From assembly GCA_965603825.1 (NCBI GenBank), contig CBFDEM010000054.1:124001-188000 (forward strand): 64,000 bases of DNA. The letters run 5' to 3'. Position 1 is the first letter of the stretch; every line of letters starts with the position of its first letter. This DNA is from Blepharisma stoltei ATCC 30299 (taxonomy: Eukaryota; Protista; Ciliophora). The position numbers and the translations under genes are program-made. Shown here piece by piece: positions 47,386 to 58,500 of this stretch. The notes beneath the pieces are model-generated. The model saw only the letters and a list, made by a program, of their open reading frames with translations. It had not been told where the DNA came from and searched no databases.

Positions 47386-47722
47386 TATAAAAGAATCAGC
47401 AGAGTGTTGTCAATGATATATGCTCAATATAGGATAAAATGAAAAATATCTTATCTAATCTAATCTGATCTATCGATTAAACAGACAAAACGGTCCTTAT
47501 AGGCCATGAATCGCTGACATTTGAGGATTCATGTACGGATGGTTTTGATATGTATCGTATTCTCTAAAAAAAATTCTTCGAATTGCTTGACTGGTTTGGA
47601 TACTTAAAATATTGCAAAATTAAGCTTCTAGTTCTGTATTTTAAATTTAATAAAACAAAAGTTTACCAATTATTTATATGTGATTTATGCTATATCAACA
47701 CCGAAATATTCCATATAATAAA

Positions 47723-48760
47723 ATGGCGGAAGATATCCCAAATGAAAAAAGCTCAAAAAATTTATCAATACTAAAAGTTTTACTTGAATATCACCTCTTT
47801 GAGAAGAAAATGTTACAAAAAAACACACCTTGAAAACTGTTTCACCCACTACCAACAAAACAAGACAGTCTCGCAATCGAAATTAAAAAAAATATTTCAG
47901 CTTTTGTGAACTCTAGCATAGAAGAAACTTCTAAGCTTATTAAAGATCTCTACAAAAATCTTGACAGCGCTATTAAAAGTATCTCAAATATTGAAAAAGA
48001 TTGGGATGAATTTTTGGATACCCAAAATAAAAATATCCCAGCTCCTGAAGTTAAACTTTCAGGAGTTATAGGAATTACTACAAAAGAAAAAGAAAAAGCT
48101 TCCCAAAGTGAAATAAAATGCAAAGAAATAATTTCGGAAATCCAAGCTCTGAAATGCCCTCCTTCTTTGAAAATACCGCCATATGCTGCTAGATATAGGT
48201 ATGAAGAAATTGATCATGATTTTTCCAATCAAAAGAAAGCTGAAAATAAGCACGCAGATTCCTTAAAAACTGATGTTTTAATTAGTGGCTTAAATAAAGA
48301 GATAAGAAAAGAAGATCTTCTTTATTTCTTTAGAGATTCACATCCAGGAAAGGTCAAGATGCCCATATCAAGAAGAGGTAAGAATAAAGGTTATGCTATT
48401 ATTACTTTTCCTACATTAGAAGATGCCAGAAATGCATCGAGATTGAGCTCTCAAAGCTTTATGGGCAGCATAATATCTGTTGAATTAATATCTAATGAAA
48501 ATCTGGCACAAAAACCCCCCAAAACTTATACCATTCATGTTCAAAATTTTAATTTTCATACATCTGATGAATCAATCTCTAGATTTTTTAGGAGGAATGG
48601 GGTATGTGTGGAGTGTATAAGAATCCCACATTTTCCTAGCGGACAGAATAAAGGATTTGGATTTGTGGTTTTGCTCACTAAAAGTGATTTTAAGCGTGCT
48701 TTGAAATTAGATGGTCTTGAACTTGAAGGAAGAGAACTTAGAATTGAAGTTGCTTGCTAA
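47723..48760 (+). CDS. RNA-binding protein with two RRMs (nucleolin/Nsr1-like RRMs), 345 aa
   Basis: Start extends to ATG 47723 through one TGA. RNP1 motifs KGYAIITF and KGFGFVVL. Confidence 0.82.
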
Positions 48761-48868
48761 ATAAAATTTTCCCTTAATAACTTTTTTTAAATATGAATAA
48801 ATTGTTGATTTTTTAGGTTAATACTAAGAATTATATAAAATCGCTCAAAATAAATAAAACATAAAAAA

Positions 48869-50404
48869 ATGATTGGCAAAAATACAAAAGCAATACTAAC
48901 ACCTATTTTAGTCGATGATGAAAAACTTAGAAAGCTCCAAAAAGAATTCTTAAGAGGAAGAAAAAGCAAAAATGAGCCTACACGAAGATCGAGCAGTGAA
49001 AGACCTACTTTACTTACTTCAAAATCCACGAACCAGTTTCCTAAACCTCGAGAAATCCTAAAAGACTACATCAAAAAAAGATTAGAAGAAAATAAGGACT
49101 GCAATGCTTATAATACTGCAGTCACCCTAAAGCACTGACCTCCTTTAACCCCGACAGCAGGCCAGTTTCCAATACACAGAAGAGTGTTTTCAGACCAAAT
49201 TCAAACTATCTTCAGGGATTCTTTAAAAAAAGATGACGAAACAAGCCCAAAAATTACTCCAGATTCAACACCTAAAACATTTTATTTAGAAAAAGATCCA
49301 TTTCTCGATCTAAATAGTGCGCCAAGAAAAAGGTTTAAGCCTCAGCCAGGAGAAAATGCTTTACTAATCCAACATATTTCAAATTATTTTAAAACCTATT
49401 TAGATGGCCCACCAACGACAACTGATTTCTATAGCATCGGCGAAACTATAGGAAAAGGACCATTTGGGATAGTTTTTATAGGAAAACATAAGCTGGCAGG
49501 CATTAATGTAGCCATAAAATCAATAGCAAAAGTTGCATTAGAAAATGAAGATGCCCGCAAAAAAGTTCTCCATGAAGTTCTTATATTAAAGAAAACCAGG
49601 CATGAAAGGATTAACAGGATATTAGAAGTTTTTGCATCTGAGCACCATTATTTTATAGTCATGGAGTACGCAGGAGGTGGAGATCTTTTACAATTCGTAA
49701 AGAAAAAGAAAAAAATTGTGGAAAAAGAAGCAAAAGATATTTTTCGACAAATTTTGGAAGGCGCTCAATTGATGCACTCTAATAGAGTTTTACATAGAGA
49801 TATTAAATTGGAGAATATTTTGCTGGACTCAAGCTATTCGTCTATTAAGTTTTGTGACTTTTCGAGTAGCAGGGTAATGAGAAGAGGAGATGTTGCAACT
49901 GAAAAATGCGGGACTCCTGCATATCTTGCCCCAGAAATGATTGCAGGAAAAGGCTATGAGGAGTTTTCAGTTGATATATGGTGTTTAGGAATTTTACTAT
50001 ACACAATGCTATGTGGGACTGTTCCATTTAAAGGAAAAAATATTAAAGAACTACAAATAGCGATTTTAAAAGGGACAATTGATTATCCTGATTTTTTATC
50101 AGAGGAAGCAAAAGATTTAATTTCCCAATTTTTAGATTTAATTCCTCAAAATAGAATTTCTATATGAAAAGCTTTAGAGCATCCTTGATTTTCAAGCGAA
50201 GGCAAAGATGAAAATAATATAGCGCCTTTTTTTGTTGGCGGACCTTTGGAGAGAAGACCACGCGCTTTTGATGATGCTGCGATATCAGAAGTCTCAAAAT
50301 TTGGGTATCCAAAAAGTTATCTAATTAATTCACTCAGAAACGGAGACTTGAATCATGCTACAGCAAGCTATTACCTTCTAAGAGAAAATATGCTAGTAAA
50401 TTAA
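48869..50404 (+). CDS. CAMK-group (AMPK/MARK-like) Ser/Thr kinase with a UBA-like tail, 511 aa
   Basis: VAIK, HRDIKLEN, DFS in place of DFG, CGTPAYLAPE, EHP[W]F, NHATASYYLL. Three TGAs. Confidence 0.9.
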
Positions 50405-50416
50405 AATTAAATAAAA

Positions 50417-50707
50417 ATGTTTTGACTGATCTTATGCCTTTACAAGATTGTGCTTATAATTGCAGAATGCCAAGATGAAGATCATTGCCTTAAAGAGATA
50501 AAGAATGAAACTGCTTATATTAATGATACGAAATGGGGAGATTGATACTCAGTTCTCAGTATAGTTAAAAATTTATTATTTTGTGCACTCTTAGCAGGAT
50601 GGGCAATATGGATGCTTTATTCCAAAATAGCTGGAGTTAAAAAGCCTAGTAATTTGCCAAGCACTAAGCAATTAAGAGAGTTCATATCACAAGAATTACC
50701 AAGATAA
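50417..50707 (+). CDS. Small membrane protein, 96 aa (signal peptide plus one TM helix)
   Basis: MF[W]LILCLYKIVLIIAECQDEDHC...NLLFCALLAGWAIWMLYSK...*. Hidden by two TGAs; AAAAATG context. Confidence 0.7.
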
Positions 50708-50758
50708 TTGTAAAGAATTACTAAATCATAACTAATGGTAATTTAATTCTAATAAAAC

Positions 50759-51430
50759 CTATCTGAGTTCTTTATTATCTACTAGAGGAGCATACGCCCC
50801 AATATGCAAAAGGATGTCTTCAATTCCATGAGCTTTCGCCCACCAGAAATAAAGTGCTCCAATGATCATAATCGCTTCATTAACTAGCATCAAAACAATC
50901 CCAGCCTCAAAGGTTATTGTAAATCCAGACCACGAATCTCCACTTTCACTTAACGAATAAAAGTTGGAAACTGATAAATAAAGAATTACTCCAATAGCAT
51001 ATGCAATTGGAAGCAAAAAATGGGAGATCTGAAGACTCAGCAATTTAAAGCAAGTGCATCCGAATGACAAGCTCATTAAATTCAGTATGCTATAAGCCAT
51101 TATAACTAAACATACAATTGAGTCAATAAAATAGCATAAGGCTGCAGCTTTAAAATGGTCAAGCCAATTGCAGACTTCTAGATCAGCGCCTTCAAGATTT
51201 GTGCAATAGTTCTTTTCGAAATCGCTAAAGGTCGTAAGAGTATAGGCGTTCATCCCGTTATAGTCAAATTTCTTTGTTATTGTTTCCATTGAGATATAGT
51301 AAGTGTCTCCATAAGAAAATGCATTGACAAAAAATGTTACGATAATGAGAACACAGCTGATTAGGTCAAAGCTGAATTTCATCATAGCTTTTGTGCGAGG
51401 ATTTCGGCTTATTAGTAGCGGCCTTTCCAT
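50759..51430 (-). CDS. Four-TM membrane protein (claudin/amastin-like topology)
   Basis: Four hydrophobic segments, a Cys pair in the first loop, N-terminal ERPLL dileucine-like motif. Confidence 0.65.
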   Translation of the reverse strand: MERPLLISRNPRTKAMMKFSFDLISCVLIIVTFFVNAFSYGDTYYISMETITKKFDYNGMNAYTLTTFSDFEKNYCTNLEGADLEVCNWLDHFKAAALCYFIDSIVCLVIMAYSILNLMSLSFGCTCFKLLSLQISHFLLPIAYAIGVILYLSVSNFYSLSESGDSWSGFTITFEAGIVLMLVNEAIMIIGALYFWWAKAHGIEDILLHIGAYAPLVDNKELR

Positions 51431-52215
51431 TTATAATTGCAAGATGCTTAAATAGAAATAAAAACTTCTACTTGGCTAAAAATGGTTAAGAGTTATTATG
51501 ATGATTAATCAAAATGACTGTTTTTTGTAAGTATAGATAGAAAATATTAGAGGCTGATAATTTTATACCTGCTATTTTGATGTGAGAAATTATCAAATTA
51601 AAGTTCTAAAGTTATCAGACTTTAGAGTTGCAAGTGAAATTGGTCGGAAATGAGTAATAAAATATATGTCTTTTTGATTAAGTTAAATAAATCATTTAAA
51701 GAGGAAAAATTTTAAAGCAAATATCTATTTTTGCCTTTTTTATTTATACTTCTTAAAACAAATACAATGAGAATTAAGCAGGTCTGATATCTGTCTGAAA
51801 TAATTTGACGTTAGTAAATCTTACAAAATTTACCTCGTTATTTTCTATAGCTTTTTGAGCTATCAAAATAGCTATTTTTGCTGACAAAAATTTATCATTT
51901 TCTTTATTCATTTTAACTAATACAAATTATATCATTTTTTGCAATATCGATTATATTTTGATCTATAAAAGATTGTTAAATTTAAGAGCAATTATATTGA
52001 AAATCATATAATAAAATCAATCTTTTATATCAATAAAGCCAATTTCCTTCATCATCGAATTCTTTTTAAATTTATTAAAGCAAGATTTATATTATTTGCA
52101 CTTTATTCTGCTTATTTTTAATTTAATTAAAATATATATCTTCTAAAAAGCCAAATCAAAAGCAATTAAAAGTGTTAAAGCTAAAATTTCCATTTTATTA
52201 TGGCTAATAATAAAT

Positions 52216-52293
52216 ATGAGAGACAAGTGGAGGAAGAAGAGGATGAGAAGACTCAAAAGAAAGCGCCGAAAGATGAGACAAAAGGCCAAATAA
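52216..52293 (+). CDS. RPL41: Ribosomal protein L41 (eL41), copy B
   Basis: MRDKWRKKRMRRLKRKRRKMRQKAK*, with Trp encoded by TGG. Confidence 0.96.
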   Translation: MRDKWRKKRMRRLKRKRRKMRQKAK

Positions 52294-52595
52294 GCAAATA
52301 ACTAATACACACTTCGTGTAAAACCGTTTTCTGAACTTAAAACTTGTAAATTTTTAAAATTTATGAAATAGATAAAAAGAAATGCTCATGAGGCTAGGAA
52401 AATCTTCATAAATCCCACCTCTATCCATATAAAATCTTGCTATATTAATATAATAAACAATAAATCGCTTTAACTCTTGTCAAGAAACTAAAATAAAAAC
52501 AAATTGCTTTTACTAAACAAAAATCGTTCCACAGATTTTTATATTTTTATTTAATCTAGAAACCAAAGTTTTAAATTATCTTAAAAGTTAAAAAA

Positions 52596-55500
52596 TTAGT
52601 CATTTAGTTGACAAAGGAATGCAGCTCCTTTAAGAACCCAATAATTCGGTTTTTTCATAGTAGGGCACTCAATAGCAATAATGAAATTTGTTGAATGCCC
52701 AGTAGTGCTCAAAACACCAGCTCTCACCGAAGTTTTATACACAGGCATCGAATACTCTTCAGGATCAGGCGTATAACTTTCAGCAGGGGTGAAAAATATC
52801 ACTGGGGCTTTGCTATACATTTCTCCAATATATGAATCTTCCAACTGCATTGTGTCTACATCCCATCTGGAGCCTTCCATATAAAGTCCATAAATATAGC
52901 ACCCATCGTCTGCCAAATCTGTAATTTGATCTATATCGAAAAATGGCTGGAAATCAAATGAGAAATTCAAAATATCTATAGGGATTTGGTATTTTCTCGA
53001 AAAACTCTGTAAAACAGCTGTTAAAAATCCTTGAGGGAAGAAAAAGGCACTGAGCCAAAAAGCTTCAGGTTTGCCTTGGCTAAGCCATTTTCTTAAAAAT
53101 GCGACACGTTCTTTTAGATCATTAACCCAAGAAGCTAACGGCCTTAGAGAAGGATAAGCAACTCTGACTCAGTTTTCAGGGACTTGATTATTAAGCATAT
53201 TTCTATACATACTGTCCAATTCTCCTGACATCACAACAACTCCTTTAATAGCTTTCTTTAAATCTTCAAGACTTTTCCTCATAACCTTCAGAAGTCTGTT
53301 AAATCTGACCATTTCTTGTCCTAAAAATGTCCCAAGTGATTCCATAAGCCCAAACTTGTCCCTTGCGAATATTTCTGGAGCAGCTTCAGATCTTAGCATG
53401 TCTGTTGGCAATTGGTCAAAAATTACCCCAGCGAGCTCGTCTACAATTTCATCAGAGGATTTTCCAGATGATCCTTTCCCTGCATCTCTTGGCTGTATTG
53501 AAAGGGCAGTTGTCAATATTAAATTCGATTCTTGGTTTTGGAAAGTAATATTAGCGTTTTCATGCATCCCAAAAATCTCTGGCTGGTCAGTTAAAGGTAA
53601 CGTGTCTGCATAAGCTTTATAAGCTGCCAAATCACCGTCTGCTGGCACATGGTAAATTCCTGAGACAGAAAATTTATAGTCATCTCCAAGTACTTGTGGA
53701 GTTATAAAAATACCTAAAATGCCCATCAAGCATCGTCTGTCTCAGTCATCAGTCACCCTGCCTCCATAATTGATTTCTCCAGTCATAAATCGGATTGCAT
53801 CCCAAGGAATATTGCTTTCTGTAGTATTTAAAAAGTTTTTAAGCATTAAAATTGACGTCTCTAAGTCAGATTCGTTAAATTCATATCTGATATTCCATCC
53901 AAGTGGCCCGAATTTGCGTCTTTCTTGCAGAATTGCATGGAAAAACGATATGCTTACAAGCAGTTTTTTCCACTCATGAAGCTTTGTGCAGCTTTCTAGC
54001 TGTTCGTCTGACATGGCGTTTAGTGACCTTATAAGATTTGCCCTGATTCCTTTAGGCGGCTCATTAGTAAGTTTCACACCATTTTGTAAGACAGGGACAG
54101 GGAAATAGTCACAAGGCATCGACGTCAAAAACAGCCTGAAATCTTCATTCATATGGACTTTTGGGTCTTCAAAATTTTCACAAATGGTTTCTAAGTCATG
54201 CATCCACGATTTCGCAAGATGGCAGTTCTGCAAGACAATCCACTTCCCAGCCTTAAACCCGCTGTCAATCAGCCTTTTTGCTCTGTCACCTTGTCCTTTG
54301 CCTAAAGAAATGATTTCTAATTTTTCAGCAAATCCCATCATTTCGGCTAGTCTTTTCATCATACTCATAGGGTCAGCGCCTTGGCTAAGGATAAAAATAA
54401 CCGGATTCCTACAGTTTGTGTCTGCATAGACCTCTTCCATTGATATTGGTGGCACTTCTACGTATTTTCTGCCTAAAAATTCATCGACGAACTTAATGAC
54501 CATATAAATGATTTTTTCTTCACGGAATGCTTTTACTAGTAAAAGTTTGTGAAAAGTGGGCAAGGAGTTATAAGGCTCAGGAAGAGGCTCGTCTTGAGGC
54601 TCACTTTTTGAAGCCCATCTGATCCATTCCGCTTTATTTTTTGCGATTTCTTGGCCTAATAGAGGCTGGTTAAACGGAGCACTAATATTTTGCAAGAAAA
54701 TAATGGTGTCCCAAGTTTTATCAGAGAATTTAGAAGGATCTGGGTTTGGCGTCCTCACAAAGCTTGAAGGGATAATTGCTACCCCTTTTAATAATAATCC
54801 CCACTCTGCATCAGAAATTTTTCCTTCCCTTCTTAAAATTTGTACTAAAATTAAAAAGCTAAAAATCAGCTTATGGGCATTGAAAAGGCCTCTACACACG
54901 TTCATAAAAATGAACTCAGTAATTGATGAAATTAAGATGCTGATTCTTTCTTCAATTATGTCTGATCTTTGTGAAGTATCTATGACCTTATTGAAAAGCT
55001 TGGTGAAATATGAAAGAGAGTATTGGTACATTGGGTCTACCAATGCTAAATCTGCAATCACAAAGTATAAGATTGACCCTCTTACAGCTACAGATTGGTA
55101 CTGCTGAAAAGCAGCTTCGACTTCTTTTTTGATGTCCTCAGCTCTCAACATTCTTTGGCTGATTTCGTTTGACAAGTTTTTAGAGCTCTTTAAAGTTTCA
55201 ATAATTTCAGGATCGTCTAAAATATTTCCTTTTGAGTCAGAAAGAGATGACAAAATGGTGTCTTCAGCTTGTTTTAAGCTTTTTTGGTCTTTTACCATCG
55301 CAATCATCAGCTCAGTTTTCCTTTTTTCTATTTTTGGCTGCTCTTTTTTGACGACGTCGCCTAAAAGCTGCTCTTCAAGGCCTTGTGTAGTAACAGTGAA
55401 GTTTATAAGTGTCGTTTTAATAGTAACCTCAGGCAGATAATGAGGATTTGGTAGCTTGGTAGTGATATAAAGCTTAAAAGCAGGGTCATAGTCGACTTCT

Positions 55501-58500
55501 TGGTCACCCATTCTCAATGAAAATCTCCCCGCCCCTTGCTCCACCAAATTCTTTTCTAAAATCGGGTCAAGTGTCGGATCCAGAATTTCCCCTACATCTT
55601 CTATTAATAGTGCAGCCCCATTTCTCACACAAGTCTCTACAGACCTTGCAAAATCCCTCTCAGTCTGTTTAATAACCTTAATCCCTGCCTTTTCTTCAAG
55701 CTTTTTAATCCACCGATTCGCTTGTTCTTGAGGATCAATCATAAGCGGCCATCTTTCACATCTTGTAACCAAAATGCCATTATTAATAGAAACAGTGTCA
55801 GCTGGCAGTGTCTTGATATTCCAGTCACGAATTGTCATAGGATCGCCCATAATTTCTTGTAAATCATAATTAGGGGTAACTGGGATCTTGAATTCTTCAC
55901 ATTTTTGTAGCCAGGAGCTAACGAGCTCATTTCGGTAAATTCCTGTAAAAGGACCATAGTAGCTGATGCAGGCTGCTGACAAAAATGTGTCTCCTGCGAC
56001 ATTTCTCATGAATTCTATTAATTTTTCGACCTGTTTTTGCCACCTTTCATTTTCTTCTTGTAAAGAACCAGTGAGTACACTTGCTCGGTCTAATCTGATG
56101 GCAGTTTTTTTAGCTTCATATGCTAGGCGGTCTCTTTCGTCAAGGACTCTTTGTCTTTTAGCTTCTAAATTTGCGACCTTGTCAAGTTCTTTTTGCAATT
56201 TAGCTTGTGTTGCTTTAAGCTTGCTGACTGCAGTGTGAAGAATTTTGTTCATTTGTTCGAGCCTTTCTCTTTTTGGTGCTACTTCTTCTGAGACTTTGGC
56301 ATATTTATCCATAGCGAGTGCCCATAAACAAAGAGATCTTGAAGCAAGATTGACACTTCCTACTTTATCAGGGTTAAAATCAGGGTTTTCTGTGATTTTC
56401 TTTTTAAGTTTCACAAGAACTTGTTTAGGAATATTATCTCTTGCGAAGTTTTTCAGTCTATTAATAAAATCATTGTTTAGAGTTCTTTTAATTGTATCCC
56501 AATCAGTTTTCTCTTGCAGTAAAATTGAGACTGCTTCAAGTGTATACTTAATAAGCGCGGCTGGCTGTGAAAAAGTTCTAATTTCTGCGATATCTCTTGG
56601 GTTAATTTGGTCTAAAGCTCTTACAGCAGACTCAAGAACAGGCAGTGCCTCATCTAAATCAGCTTGTGCATCTTGTTGCAAAGCCTGGACCTCTGCTGTT
56701 TGTGCACTGACCGCTCTTTCTTCCTCCTCTACTTCTTCTTTCACCTTATTGGCTGCAATGGTATCAGCTTCCACAATTTTTGACAGCTCATCAGCTTCGA
56801 CTTTTTTCTGCTCCAAAACTGGCTTAAGCTTAGTCAGCTCTTCTTGCATCTTATATACTTCTTGATTTGTTTTTTGGATGGTTTCTACCCCTTTTTTGTA
56901 TTTATTTTTCAATTTTGAAATTTCATTTGATTTTTCTTCAATTATTTTGAAATAAAGATTGATCATGTCTAAATAGCTTTTTGGAGTTATATATACCTTT
57001 CTAGAAAGAGCTTTTAAAAACTCTGCAGCTTTGTCTTGAACTGAAATATGTATAAAGACACTCATTTTTGACAGCTGCTCTCTTAGGCGTATCGCTTCAT
57101 CTTTAGTGACGTCTTCAAATTGCAAATCTTTCATCTTGCTTCTTGACACACTCAAAAGTGCGTCCTCTGGCCAAGGGTTGACCCAGTCAATTGTACAGCA
57201 GTTCACCAATGAAGGGAACATACGCATCCTTACCCTCAAAGCTTCTCCAACAGGACTCATACAAAGCACCACGTGCAAGTTTTCTCTGACCCTTTGGATA
57301 AAGAAATTATACATGTTATCATATACTTTACGCTGGGCTGCAATAGGTCGAAGGTCTTGTTCTACTTCTTCAAGCTCTTCTTTTGTGAATAAATTAGGGA
57401 CTTCTCCTGAGTTTAAGATGTTGTTGACGTCTTCTAAAAAGCTTTCTTTTACTATTTGGGTGTCTGAAAGAAGGAAAACTGTGGGGACTTCGTCAGGGCC
57501 TCCTGCTTGCTTAAAGAGGACTTTGATGTCTTCTCTGAACTCATTAAGTCCATATACCTTTGTAACTTGTATTTGGAAGCATTGGCAGTTTGATATATAA
57601 GCGGCTAGACGGGTCAGAGACTGTTTTCCACAGCCACCAACCCCAACAAGCATAGCATTTCCTCGTGGCTGCCTCAGAATTCTGCAGATTCTACACAAGT
57701 GTTCAAGAGCGTCTTGGAAGAAAACTAGACTCATTTGTCGCTTGTTTCCTGAATAATTATAATCTTCTAATAGTCTGTATGTGACATCAGTCAGTTTTTT
57801 CAAGTCAGGGATTTCTTCATAGAACCTTTCTTCAGCTTCTAAGTCGCCTCTGATGAAGTCTCCGAACAAAATTGGAGAGCCTCCATATAGGTCTTCATAA
57901 GTCCAGTCTTTTCTAAATATGTGGGCTGACTGCTTGACTACTTGTTCTTGGAACCAAGTCTTGTCTTGTTTATTGATAAGCCTGTCATGGAATACTCTTG
58001 AGGTTTCATGGATTCAGAGCCTGATCATTAAATCTGGGTTTTGGAAAATTCTGAAGTCGCTCATAAGGATGCCTTGGAAGACTTTAGAAATGTCTCGGAG
58101 GTTAAAAGTGTAATGGCTCTTAGCAGGGGTTGGTAATAATTCTTTGCAGATAATATTATACACATTTATCGTTGCCTGCACAATCATCCCTGATAACGAC
58201 TGCACATCTGTTTTAAATGGCTTGAAAAACCCTTCCAAGATCGTTTTAAATATCAAATTCATAGAATCTTCTGACGTCGGAGGTATGCACAACATATGAA
58301 AATGCCTAGTAAATCTTTGGGTAAGTGGATTTCTGCCACCTTCAGGTGGTGCTGCACAACAAATGAGTGTAGTGTCCGCTATAAATACAGGGAAATGTTT
58401 AGCTCTGTCATATATATACCCACTATCACAATATTGCCTCATAAGTTCAATCGGAGGCTGTGCTCCATATTTTTCAACAGCCGGCATATTTACATCATCA

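Noticed and set aside
47487-47550. SECIS element or snR30/U17 identity for the hairpin
   Set aside because: The stem is too short for SECIS geometry and is not in a 3'UTR; the U17 m1/m2 motifs are not present in the right order and strand.
8418-47876. Short intergenic ORFs 8418-8603, 42535-42723, 47583-47774 and 47685-47876
   Set aside because: Non-ATG or weak starts, AT-rich composition, no motifs; the last two overlap a better gene model.
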